Source of the DNA: an uncultured Acidimicrobiia bacterium
GTDB taxonomy: Bacteria; Pseudomonadota; Gammaproteobacteria; GCA-001735895
Length of the DNA: 64,000 nucleotides
Direction: 5' to 3'
NCBI GenBank assembly: GCA_964195315.1
Contig: CAXMOZ010000146.1
Location: forward strand, 10,878 to 74,877
A model generated the notes under the pieces. That model saw nothing but the letters and a program-made list of their open reading frames with translations. It had not been told where the DNA came from and did no database searches. This document shows, piece by piece, positions 30,201 to 39,832 of this stretch (positions within the stretch are counted from its first letter, which is position 1; each line of letters starts with the position of its first letter). Made by a program: the position numbers and the translations under genes.

Positions 30201-33140
30201 TTGGATTGCATTTTAATGACAGAGACATCACCAGTAAAAAGCGAAATTAAATCGACCACCTGTTACATGTGTGCCTGTCGGTGTGGTATTAATGTAACAG
30301 TCGACGATGGCGAAGTTCGCTATATCGAAGGCAATCCCAGGCACCCAATTAACAAGGGTGTCATCTGTGCCAAGGGTTCCTCGGGAATAATGAAGCAATA
30401 TTCACCTGCGCGCATTACCAAACCATTACGACGAATACCGGGTGCAGAACGCGGTACGTCCGAGTTCGAAGAGATATCCTGGGAAGAAGCGCTCGATACA
30501 ATTAGTACACGTCTTAACCATATTCGCGAAACTGATCCTAAACAATTTGCACTGTTTACTGGTCGCGATCAGATGCAAGCCTTAACCGGATTGTTTGCAA
30601 AACAATTTGGTACACCAAACTACGCGGCCCATGGTGGTTTTTGTTCGGTGAACATGGCTGCTGGATTAATCTATACCATTGGCGGGTCGTTTTGGGAATT
30701 CGGTGGACCTGATTTGGAACGTTCAAAGTTATTCATCATGATAGGCACCGCCGAAGACCATCACTCAAATCCAATGAAGATGGAGCTTGCTCAGTTCAAA
30801 CGCAATGGCGGAAAATTTATTGCAATTAACCCAGTGCGAACCGGCTATGCTGCCATTGCTGATGAATGGGTGCCAATAAAGCCAGGCACCGATGGCGCTT
30901 TGTTACTTGCTATCAATCACGAAATTATCAAGCAGGGTCTTTATGACCATGACTTTCTATCTAAATACAGCAACTCTCCTGACTTGGTTAATACTGATGA
31001 AGCCAGTGATGCTTTTGGTATGTTTATTCGTTCCATCATAGAGCTCGAAAATAGCAGTGTAGAGCCAGAAAACAAAGTGTGGTGGGATAAACATACTGGG
31101 AAAGAAGTACCCTCACATACACCCGGTGCCGAACCTCGGTTACTGGGTGACTTCGAGCTAGAAGACGGCACGACGGTCAAACCATCTTTCCAGTTATTGA
31201 AAGAGCGGTTAGAGAAATACACGCCAGAATGGGCGGCTGACATTACCGGTATTTCTGCAGAAACGATTCGTCGCTTAGCTCACGAGATGGGTATTGTTGC
31301 CCGCGATGAAACAATTGAGCTTCCCATTCCATGGACTGATACCTGGGGCAATGAGCATGAATCTGTCACTGGTAACCCAGTGTCATTTCATGCCATGAGA
31401 GGCTTAGCGGCTCATTCTAATGGTTTCCAGACTATCCGGTCACTCGGCATATTAATGACGCTATTGGGCACTATCGACCGCCCAGGTGGGTTTCGTCACA
31501 AAGCACCATTCCCACGTCCTATTCCCCCTTGTGCAAAACCACCCAAGTCACCTGAAGATGTTCAACCGGGTGCTCCATTGGAGGGTATGCCCCTTGGTTT
31601 TCCAGCATCACCTGAAGATTTATTTGTCGATGATGAAGGTGGTCCGGTTCGTCTAGACAAAGGGTTCTCCTGGGAATATCCGCTCTCAGTGCATGGTTTA
31701 ATGCACAATGCGATTACTAACGCATGGCGTGGCGATCCTTACCCTATCGATACAATGATGTTGTTCATGGCTAACATGGCCTGGAACTCATCGATGAACA
31801 CGTCTAAGGTTCGTGAAATGTTGACCGACAAGAGAGAAGATGGAGAGTATAAAATTCCATTTTTAATTGTCTGCGATGCTTTCCATTCTGAAACCATAGC
31901 GTTTGCGGATATCGTATTACCCGATACGACTTATCTCGAACGATACGATGCGATGTCAATGCTTGACAGGCCGATCTCTGAGTTTCAGGGTCCTGCTGAT
32001 TCAGTCCGTGTGCCGGTTGTGCCACCCAAAGGTGACTGTCGTCCTTTTCAAGATGTTATTGTCGAATTGGGTTCAAGGCTTAAACTGCCACGTTTTATGA
32101 ATTTTGACGGCACACGTAAATTCAAAGACTACAAAGACTTCGTTATAAATTTCGAAACTGAACTGGGTTCTGGCATTGGTTTTCTAGCGGGCTGGCGCGG
32201 CAAGGACGGAGACAAGTCTATGCGCGGCGAGCCAAACCCTAATCAATGGGAAATGTACGCCAAGAATGATTGTGTTTTTCAGCACGAGTTGCCAAAGTCG
32301 TATCAATACATGCGTAACTGGAACCAGGGTTATCTCAACTGGGCTCAGGATCATAGCCTGATTAAACATACCGACCCTATTAACATCCATGTCTACTCAG
32401 AACTACTTCAAAAATTTCGTTTAGCCGCAGAAGGTAAGCGCGAAGGTCGTCAACCACCCGACCACCTGCGTGAACGAGTCAGGTTACACTTTGACCCGTT
32501 ACCATTTTATTCTGAGCCACTAGAAACAATGACGATAGACAAAGATCTCTACCCATTGAATGCCATAACTCAGCGACCAATGGCGATGTATCATTCCTGG
32601 GATTCTCAAAATGCCTGGTTGCGACAAATTCATGCCCATAATTATTTGGTCATGAGCCCTAGTGTAGGTGCAGATAATGGCTTTGGTGATGGCGACTGGA
32701 TCTGGGTTGAATCTGCCCATGGTAAAGTGAGGTGTATGTGTCGATTCAGTGAATCAGTAGAGCCGGGGACAGTATGGACCTGGAACGCTATTGGTAAAGC
32801 CTCGGGCAGCTGGTCTTTAGATGACAAAGCGAATGAATCGAAAAAAGGTTTTTTGTTAAACCATTTGATTAGCGAAGAGATTCCATCTGGCAAAGGTGAT
32901 GGAATGTATTCAAATTCTGACCCCATTACAGGACAGGCGGCTTGGTACGATCTGCGTGTTCGCGTTTACAAGGCGGGTGATGACGAGCCAAAAGAAACAT
33001 CGCCACAATTCGACACAATGAAACGAGTGCCTGGTATGGAACCCGCTCGTGGCCTATGGCAATCATTTGCAAAGGGTTTGCTTAACGGTGTATCAAAGAA
33101 AGATGTTTCAAATAACGGTTCTTCTAAGAAGAAGGGGTAG
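30201..33140 (+). CDS. soeA: Molybdopterin (bis-MGD) oxidoreductase catalytic subunit with no Tat signal, consistent with sulfite dehydrogenase (quinone) SoeA
   Basis: The N-terminal CYMCACRCGINV…CAKG is a 4Fe-4S cluster motif of the Mo-bisPGD family. 979 aa. There is no RR twin-arginine motif. It is followed by an FeS subunit and an NrfD-like subunit. Confidence 0.7.
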   Translation: MDCILMTETSPVKSEIKSTTCYMCACRCGINVTVDDGEVRYIEGNPRHPINKGVICAKGSSGIMKQYSPARITKPLRRIPGAERGTSEFEEISWEEALDTISTRLNHIRETDPKQFALFTGRDQMQALTGLFAKQFGTPNYAAHGGFCSVNMAAGLIYTIGGSFWEFGGPDLERSKLFIMIGTAEDHHSNPMKMELAQFKRNGGKFIAINPVRTGYAAIADEWVPIKPGTDGALLLAINHEIIKQGLYDHDFLSKYSNSPDLVNTDEASDAFGMFIRSIIELENSSVEPENKVWWDKHTGKEVPSHTPGAEPRLLGDFELEDGTTVKPSFQLLKERLEKYTPEWAADITGISAETIRRLAHEMGIVARDETIELPIPWTDTWGNEHESVTGNPVSFHAMRGLAAHSNGFQTIRSLGILMTLLGTIDRPGGFRHKAPFPRPIPPCAKPPKSPEDVQPGAPLEGMPLGFPASPEDLFVDDEGGPVRLDKGFSWEYPLSVHGLMHNAITNAWRGDPYPIDTMMLFMANMAWNSSMNTSKVREMLTDKREDGEYKIPFLIVCDAFHSETIAFADIVLPDTTYLERYDAMSMLDRPISEFQGPADSVRVPVVPPKGDCRPFQDVIVELGSRLKLPRFMNFDGTRKFKDYKDFVINFETELGSGIGFLAGWRGKDGDKSMRGEPNPNQWEMYAKNDCVFQHELPKSYQYMRNWNQGYLNWAQDHSLIKHTDPINIHVYSELLQKFRLAAEGKREGRQPPDHLRERVRLHFDPLPFYSEPLETMTIDKDLYPLNAITQRPMAMYHSWDSQNAWLRQIHAHNYLVMSPSVGADNGFGDGDWIWVESAHGKVRCMCRFSESVEPGTVWTWNAIGKASGSWSLDDKANESKKGFLLNHLISEEIPSGKGDGMYSNSDPITGQAAWYDLRVRVYKAGDDEPKETSPQFDTMKRVPGMEPARGLWQSFAKGLLNGVSKKDVSNNGSSKKKG

Positions 33141-33143
33141 ACT

Positions 33144-33878
33144 ATGACACAACTGGCACTAGTGATTGATTTAAATACCTGCGTCGGCTGTCATGCCTGC
33201 GTAACCAGCTGCAAAGAATGGAACACATCGGGAGAAGCAGGCCCGATGACAGATAAGAACCCTTACGGTGCTGACCCAACGGGCAACTTTTTTAATCGAG
33301 TTCAAACGTTTGAAGTTGGGTCCTTTCCAGAGACTGAAACCATTCACTTTCCAAAGTCATGTTTGCATTGTGAAGAGCCACCCTGTGTTCCAGTATGCCC
33401 AACCGGTGCGAGTTATAAACGGCCAGAAGATGGCATCGTATTGATCGATTATGATAAGTGCATTGGCTGTGAGTACTGCGCTTGGGCCTGTCCTTATGGC
33501 GCCAGAGAGTTTGATGAAAAAGAAAAGGTAATGAAAAAGTGTACCTTATGTGTTGATCGAATATACGATGAGGAATTACCAGAATCTCTACGTAAACCCG
33601 CCTGTGTTTTAGCTTGCCCAACGAGTGCGCGAATTTTTGGCGATGTACACGATCCAGCTTCAGAAGCCTCAATTGCGATCAATTTATCAAATGGCTATCA
33701 GTTAATGCCAGAGTGGGGCACGCAAGCAGCAAACCATTACCTTCCTCGACGAAAAGTGGACATTAAGCTACATGAAGAGGATTTGATGCGCTCGTCTAAC
33801 CCGCTTGATAAAGAGGATCGAGGTCCGAGACAGCCGTCGACTAGTTCGACGCTTGATGACTCTGCGGCCTCTTGGTAA
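33144..33878 (+). CDS. soeB: 4Fe-4S ferredoxin-type electron-transfer subunit (SoeB-like)
   Basis: It has four Cys clusters (CVGCHACVTSC, CLHCEEPPCVPVCP, CIGCEYCAWACP, CTLCVDR…CVLACP). 244 aa. Confidence 0.75.
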   Translation: MTQLALVIDLNTCVGCHACVTSCKEWNTSGEAGPMTDKNPYGADPTGNFFNRVQTFEVGSFPETETIHFPKSCLHCEEPPCVPVCPTGASYKRPEDGIVLIDYDKCIGCEYCAWACPYGAREFDEKEKVMKKCTLCVDRIYDEELPESLRKPACVLACPTSARIFGDVHDPASEASIAINLSNGYQLMPEWGTQAANHYLPRRKVDIKLHEEDLMRSSNPLDKEDRGPRQPSTSSTLDDSAASW

Positions 33879-33939
33879 CGTTTGATAATCCTTGTGAGTC
33901 AATACCTCTGATCAGTCACACTTAGATGAATACTAAACT

Positions 33940-34914
33940 ATGAAACCTGCAATATCTGTCATTCTACTCACGACTTTAATTGGTGTCGCTCAGGGCCTAT
34001 TTTTGGCTTATTACAGCGCCGAGTTACTCTCCCTACTGTTAATCCTACCTAATCAAGAGTTGGTAGGGTCAGGCCTTGCTGGAGTGGTCAGTGTTGTGCT
34101 CTTGGTGGGTGGTTTGATTGCATCATTCTTTCATTTGGGACATCCCGAACGCGCATGGCGTGCTGCTACTATGTGGCGTACATCATGGTTATCACGCGAA
34201 GTAATTGCATTGCCAATAGCGATGGGCTTAGTGTTTATTTATAGCGCATTAAAACTGATGGGTAATCACCACATTATGTTTAATTTGGGTAATGGTAGTC
34301 AGGTAGAGCTGGCAACCGTGGTTGGTTTTTTCGCAATGATTGCAGTTTTCGCCCTGTTTATTTGCACCGCGATGATTTACAGCTGCCTTAAATTTCTACG
34401 CCAATGGTATAGCCCGCTCACCGTGTTAAATTTTTTCCTGATGGGCTGTGCATCAGGGTTCGTACTGGCAAGTGCTTTGGCAGCTTATTATGATCCACAG
34501 GTTTTTGGCTATATATCGGGTGCTGCTATAGTTCTTAGTGTTGCAGCCTTGGCCTCGAGATACGCTTCATTGGTTCGTAATAAAAACTTACGTAGCCCAA
34601 GCACATTGCAAACAGCAATTGGTGTCCATCATCCAAATATTAGGCAGATAGCACAGGGCGCTATGGGGGGTAGTTATAATACCAGAGCCTTTATCCACAC
34701 TTATGGTCCAGCAGTGGTTAAATTGGCTCGGCGGTTCTTTCTAGTGGCCGGTTTTATTATTCCTATCTTGTTACTAGCCATTAGTAATGAATCTCCAATA
34801 GTGATCTGTTCATTGGCATTTTTGATTCAATACACTGGGTTGCTAGCCGAGCGATGGTACTTTTTTATAGAAGCTGAACATCCGCAAAATCTATACTATC
34901 AAATGATTACCTAG
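33940..34914 (+). CDS. soeC: NrfD/PsrC-family integral membrane quinone-interacting subunit (SoeC-like)
   Basis: 324 aa with about 8 hydrophobic helices. It lies immediately downstream of the FeS subunit. Confidence 0.7.
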   Translation: MKPAISVILLTTLIGVAQGLFLAYYSAELLSLLLILPNQELVGSGLAGVVSVVLLVGGLIASFFHLGHPERAWRAATMWRTSWLSREVIALPIAMGLVFIYSALKLMGNHHIMFNLGNGSQVELATVVGFFAMIAVFALFICTAMIYSCLKFLRQWYSPLTVLNFFLMGCASGFVLASALAAYYDPQVFGYISGAAIVLSVAALASRYASLVRNKNLRSPSTLQTAIGVHHPNIRQIAQGAMGGSYNTRAFIHTYGPAVVKLARRFFLVAGFIIPILLLAISNESPIVICSLAFLIQYTGLLAERWYFFIEAEHPQNLYYQMIT

Positions 34915-35000
34915 TCAGTTGATACGTTTTGCTTAAACGTCTTACCTCTGTAGGGCGGTCTGAATAGCGAAGTGTATTGAATGGAATATAAAAAAACAGC

Positions 35001-35288
35001 TTAAACGCCTTCAATAATAGTAACGCTAACAACGCAGGCGCCCTCCCTTTTTTGTTTTGCATGACTATATTCTGACGAGTTATAACAAGTATGAGCGGCT
35101 TCAACCGAATCAAATTCAATCACCGCATGACGCTGCCAGGAATCACCTTCCAGCGTTGTTGCTTGTTCTCCGCGCGCTAATAATCGGCCGCCATATTTCT
35201 TTAAGGCTGCAGGGGCTGCTACCATGTAAGCTTTATAGGCGTCGGCGTTTGTAATCGTAACGTGGGCAATCCAATAAGCTTTAGGCAT
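35001..35288 (-). CDS. DUF1330 family protein
   Basis: The 95-aa sequence MPKAYWIAHVTITNADAYKAYM…VIEFDSVEAA is typical of this family. Confidence 0.65.
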   Translation of the reverse strand: MPKAYWIAHVTITNADAYKAYMVAAPAALKKYGGRLLARGEQATTLEGDSWQRHAVIEFDSVEAAHTCYNSSEYSHAKQKREGACVVSVTIIEGV

Positions 35289-35539
35289 GATTCTCTCTAT
35301 TCCAAGTTCTCGTTATTGTTGAAAGGTATTAATAACACGTTCAGGGATTGATATAATATTATTTAGCTGGGTTCTACTGGGATTCGCGAGGCATTTACAT
35401 TTTCTATAATCAGCATGCAAGTCGCTTTCAAGCGTCAATTTCCTACTTATTCAATAATGATATTATAAAATCCAGCGGGGTAGTGCCGCTGGATTAATTT
35501 ATTGCCATTTTGTCTGTTACAAAGCAGCAATGTCCCGCT

Positions 35540-36059
35540 TTATTGCTTTGTAAATTTGGAAGTGAGATTCAGTTTTACAGGGCGCCTGATATCAGTTAAA
35601 CCGTCGAATTGACCACTGGCATCACCCAAAAATAATAGGTTGTCTTTGGCTGCAACAATTCCAAACTGGTCTATTGGGCGGTTAGTCAGTCGAGAGTCAA
35701 ACTTGGTAGCTGGTACAATACCGGCGACTGTTCCATCCACTGTAACAGCATCACCTAACGTATAAACTCTTGTAAATATTGGCTGCTGTACTAGTGCTGC
35801 AGGTGGAGTGCAAGTTATATTCAAAAAACCATCAAATGAATTAAGTTCCTATAATTGCCCCGTCTGTCCTTGGAGTGAATACGAAAGTGTATATGAATGA
35901 ACTTGGTGCAACCGGTATGCAATCAGAAACATATGTGCCTTCCAATTTGGTGAGAGCTACAATAGTGGTGGTTGCAGCTGGGGTTGCAGTTCCACCGCCA
36001 ACACACCCAGTTAGAAGTAAAACGCTAGAACACAATATAGTACTGGTGAGGTTTTTCAA
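35540..36059 (-). pseudogene. Probable frameshifted lipoprotein gene. Two adjacent ORFs in different frames look like halves of one gene.
   Basis: ORF 35841-36059 encodes the signal peptide with lipobox LLTGC. ORF 35540-35824 continues 17 nt downstream in another frame. A hairpin terminator follows at about 35458-35490 on the minus strand. Confidence 0.35.
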
Positions 36060-36216
36060 CTTATACTGACCTTTAGGCCAATCGAATGGCCTTCAGAATG
36101 ACTCGATGTACCGCGAGTGGATCGGTTTTAGTTGCGATAGCAACTGTTAATATCACGTCATATTTTTGATCATTTTCTTGCGTTTTTTAAATAACAAAAA
36201 ATACTTCCTGATTAGA

Positions 36217-36256
36217 GCGCATTGGAATTTAAACCGTTGGTTTAATGCGCTTTTTT
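36217..36256 (+). terminator. Orphan intrinsic terminator-like hairpin inside a 560-bp non-coding gap
   Basis: GCGCATT…(internal TTAAACC/GGTTTAA stem)…AATGCGC is followed by TTTTTT. There is no plus-strand CDS upstream. Confidence 0.4.
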
Positions 36257-36623
36257 CAAAAAGGCATTCTGAATCTAATAACTAGGAGTATGACGGTTTC
36301 CCTCTATGCACCCCTTCATTACGACTGGGACGTTCCTTTTACATTGATATCTGAACAAGTGACAAGTGGTTTTACCTAACAAAAGTCATCTAAAAAAATT
36401 AATCACAATGGTGAGGTTAAACAATCAGCGTTGGATTGCTGCTTTATTAGTTTGGTCAAAAGGTTGGGGGAACTAAAAAGACTTGCTCATTATAAATCAG
36501 TTTTTTTATTGATAGGGTCCTACATTGTTTCTTTAATATGGGTTTTTGATTCAGCTTTAAGATTTTAAAATAGGGTTGTCATTATGTCTATATTTTCACG
36601 TGGCTGAAATTTACTATAGATTT

Positions 36624-37325
36624 TTAAGCTTTAGCTTTGCCTTTTTCAGGCGTTGCTATTAACCGTTTAGCGATTGACGAGGCATCCTTTAAATGAGCCT
36701 CTACAGCCGCTCGAGTCGCTTTTACATCGCCATTTATAATTGCGTTGCAAATGGCCTTCATGTGGGTATGCCCGGATACATGGCGGTCTGAAGTAGATAG
36801 GGTCATGACTCGTAATCGGCTGATTCGTCCATTCAGTCGTTGAACAATTTCCCAAGCAATTAAATGTCCCGCTTCTTCAAAAATGACTTTATAAAATCCA
36901 GTTGTTGCCTTAAATAGTGCTTTAGGGGTGCCTTCTACGAATGCAGATTCAAGTTCTATTAAAGCCAAATTTAAGTGTTTTGCTAATTCAGTCGATGTTT
37001 TTTTAGCGCAATCGACTGCTGCGCTGGTCTCAAGCAAAAGCCGTATGTCATAAATTTGTTGGGCATGTTCCCAGTTCATGGTTGCAACGATAGGGCCCTT
37101 GTTCGTTAGAATTTCAACTAAGCCCTCTGCTTCCAAATAACGAATAGTTTCTCGTATGACTGTACGGCTAACGCCCAGCTGGTCACACAGTGGTCGTTCT
37201 ATCAAGCGTTCGCCTGGCTCAAAGTGGCCTTCAATAATAGCCTCGCGCAGGCGCTCCTGGACTATCTCTCTAAGTGTCTGAGGCGATGCTGCTGCTTTTA
37301 AATAGGATCCTTCTGGTTGACTCAA
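36624..37325 (-). CDS. GntR-family transcriptional regulator (FadR/FCD subfamily)
   Basis: The N-terminal wHTH is ERPLCDQLGVSRTVIRETIRYLEAEGLV and the C-terminal domain is all-helical. It is divergent from the monooxygenase operon. Confidence 0.85.
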   Translation of the reverse strand: MSQPEGSYLKAAASPQTLREIVQERLREAIIEGHFEPGERLIERPLCDQLGVSRTVIRETIRYLEAEGLVEILTNKGPIVATMNWEHAQQIYDIRLLLETSAAVDCAKKTSTELAKHLNLALIELESAFVEGTPKALFKATTGFYKVIFEEAGHLIAWEIVQRLNGRISRLRVMTLSTSDRHVSGHTHMKAICNAIINGDVKATRAAVEAHLKDASSIAKRLIATPEKGKAKA

Positions 37326-37447
37326 GTGATATTGCTCATGGATAATAATTTCCCTTTTTCGTAAAAAGCATCTTTTCTTTTTGACTCAAGTATTATGGTA
37401 TACCATAATACTATATAGTTAAAATGCTAATTGATTAGGACTGACAG

Positions 37448-38050
37448 ATGCCCGCTGAAATACGAAAAACATTACTTCATGTTGAAAACACTTTCATTGA
37501 AGGTGGCAAAGCTGCAAAAACGCCTTTAAAACTAATAGCGGCTCTCGCTGTAATCAAAAATCCCTGGGCAGGTCAGGGGTTTGTTGAAAATTTGCGACCC
37601 GCCATTCAAGACTGCGCTCCGGGATTGGGTGCGCTGCTAACCGAAATGATATTGGAAGCCGCTGGTGGGGGAGATAAAGTCGAGGGTTATGGTAAGACCG
37701 CAATTGTCGGCATGAATGGCGAAGTCGAGCATGCCTCTGCTTTGATCCACACATTACGTTTCGGTAATCATTACCGTGATGCAGTGGGAGCGAAATCTTA
37801 TCTTGCATTCTGTAATACCCGTGGACCAGCCAATGCAGCGGTAATGATTCCACTGATGGATAAAAATGATGGTGGACGACGATCCCACTACCTCACTATT
37901 CAATTGTCGGTTGCTGATGCGCCGGGTGCTGATGAGATTGTTCTTGGGCTAGGTGCTTCTATTGGTGGTCGACCACATCACAGAATCGGTGATCGTTACC
38001 AAGATTTAAAAGAGTTAGGACATGACATCGATAACCCTGCAGCTGTCTGA
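37448..38050 (+). CDS. Small conserved protein, possibly the 'amino acid synthesis' family (PF06684-like)
   Basis: 200 aa, Gly-rich, no TM. The family assignment is from memory and is uncertain. Confidence 0.45.
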   Translation: MPAEIRKTLLHVENTFIEGGKAAKTPLKLIAALAVIKNPWAGQGFVENLRPAIQDCAPGLGALLTEMILEAAGGGDKVEGYGKTAIVGMNGEVEHASALIHTLRFGNHYRDAVGAKSYLAFCNTRGPANAAVMIPLMDKNDGGRRSHYLTIQLSVADAPGADEIVLGLGASIGGRPHHRIGDRYQDLKELGHDIDNPAAV

Positions 38051-38912
38051 TTCCATCTCGGCCAACTATGGCACCTTGTCCTATCGTGAGTTAGGTCCTA
38101 GAGACATAGACCAGCGAGAAATAGGAAAGGCTGAGCCTTTAGTGTTGGTCCACGGGGTTGGTATGCAATCAGCTGCATGGGGCCCCCAGATCGACTACTT
38201 TAGTCAGTCGATGCGAGTAATAGCGATTGATATGCCAGGACATGGTGGCAGCAGTGCGTTACCGCCAGAGGCGGAGTTAGCCGATTATATCGATTGGCTT
38301 TTCTCTGCAATCACAGCACTTGATACTGGCCCGATTAACCTTGCCGGGCACTCGATGGGTGCGCTCATTGCTGGTGGCTTCGCCATTTGTCACCCCAATC
38401 TTACTCGACGTGTGGCAGTGTTGAACGGTGTTCACAATAGAACCGCAGCGGCGCGTACTGCGGTTGAAGCGCGGTCGGCAGAAATTGATCTCGGTAAGAT
38501 CGACATTCATACGCCGTTGGCTCGATGGTTTGATGAATCTGATCGTGCTGCGCGTGAATTAGTGCGTGGCTGGCTGATGGCTATCGACCTAAAAGGTTAC
38601 GCTACTGCCTATCGAGCTTTTGCTAGGGGTGATCGAACTTTTGCATCACGCTGGTCGGAAGTGACTTGCCCAATGCTAGCGTTAACCGGTGATGAAGATT
38701 TAAATTCAACATCTGAAATGTCACAAGCTATGGCGGCTGCAGCGATCAACGGTCGAGCAGAGGTACTGGTCGGTCATCGTCACATGTTGAATTTGACAGC
38801 GCCTGATGCGGTTAATATCATCCTCAAAGATTGGCTCGCCACACCCCTGTCCAATAAACAGATGGCCAGCAACATACTCAACAAACCAGAATCGGAGGTT
38901 TTACTAAAATGA
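38022..38912 (+). CDS. Alpha/beta-fold hydrolase
   Basis: It has the oxyanion HG motif PLVLVHGVG and the nucleophile elbow GHSMG, with a C-terminal His. Confidence 0.75.
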   Translation: MTSITLQLSDSISANYGTLSYRELGPRDIDQREIGKAEPLVLVHGVGMQSAAWGPQIDYFSQSMRVIAIDMPGHGGSSALPPEAELADYIDWLFSAITALDTGPINLAGHSMGALIAGGFAICHPNLTRRVAVLNGVHNRTAAARTAVEARSAEIDLGKIDIHTPLARWFDESDRAARELVRGWLMAIDLKGYATAYRAFARGDRTFASRWSEVTCPMLALTGDEDLNSTSEMSQAMAAAAINGRAEVLVGHRHMLNLTAPDAVNIILKDWLATPLSNKQMASNILNKPESEVLLK

Positions 38913-39832
38913 CTCAATTCGACCCGCGCGCTTTGCGTGAAGCCTTTGGCAGTTTTATGACTGGGGTTACCGTCGTCACTACTCATGACGTCAACAACAA
39001 TCCGATGGGTTTTACCGCTAATTCATTTACCAGCGTGTCGATTGATCCACCCTTGGTATTGGTTTGCATGGCGAATAGCTCGACTAATTATGATGCGTTA
39101 GTCAATTCGGATCGTTTCGCGATTAATGTTCTCTGCGAACAACAAAAAGAAGTGTCAAATACCTTCGCCCGACCAGTCGAAGATCGGTTTAGCTCGGTAA
39201 ACTGGCGAAAAGGTCCCCACGGTTCACCGATACTCGAAGAGGTATCTGCCTGGTTTGATTGTTCCAGCTATAAACAGGTAGAAGCAGGTGATCACATTAT
39301 TCTGATTGGCAAAGTAGAAGCATTTGAAGCGAATTCAGCGCCAGGGCTTGGTTATTCTCGTGGTGCTTATGTGGCCCCATCAATGGAGGCGGAGTCAATT
39401 TCACAACGCACGGATGTCGTCGTTTCCGCCTTAATAGAACATTCGGGTGATGTGTTCTTTCAGCAAGATGGTCAGGGTGGCCTGAATTTGCCATCTGAAA
39501 CGGTTGGCAAAGAGGGTGCTACTGCCACTCTGGAGCATCTGATCAATCAGAATGATACGGATGCAAAACCAGGTTTTATCTACTCGGTGTTCGAGGTCAT
39601 TGACAAAGAGCAACAACACATTTCTTTTTTATGTCAGGCTGCCGACGGTACCTCTGGGAAAGGTTTCTTCTTGGCATTGACGCCAGAAACCTTATCTAAA
39701 GTAGCAGACTCGGCAGTACGGATTATGCTCGAGCGGTTTGCCAGAGAGAGCAAGCTTGGCAACTACGGCCTGTATTTTGGCAATCAAAGCAGCGGCGAAG
39801 TACGCCCTATTGTGAAGGAGAACAGATCATGA
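38909..39832 (+). CDS. NAD(P)H-flavin reductase (HpaC/NtaB-type) fused to a C-terminal domain of unknown function of about 150 aa
   Basis: FGSFMTGVTVVTT…GFTANSFTSVSIDPPLVLVC is the flavin reductase signature. 307 aa. It overlaps the neighbouring ORFs, indicating an operon. Confidence 0.75.
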   Translation: MTQFDPRALREAFGSFMTGVTVVTTHDVNNNPMGFTANSFTSVSIDPPLVLVCMANSSTNYDALVNSDRFAINVLCEQQKEVSNTFARPVEDRFSSVNWRKGPHGSPILEEVSAWFDCSSYKQVEAGDHIILIGKVEAFEANSAPGLGYSRGAYVAPSMEAESISQRTDVVVSALIEHSGDVFFQQDGQGGLNLPSETVGKEGATATLEHLINQNDTDAKPGFIYSVFEVIDKEQQHISFLCQAADGTSGKGFFLALTPETLSKVADSAVRIMLERFARESKLGNYGLYFGNQSSGEVRPIVKENRS

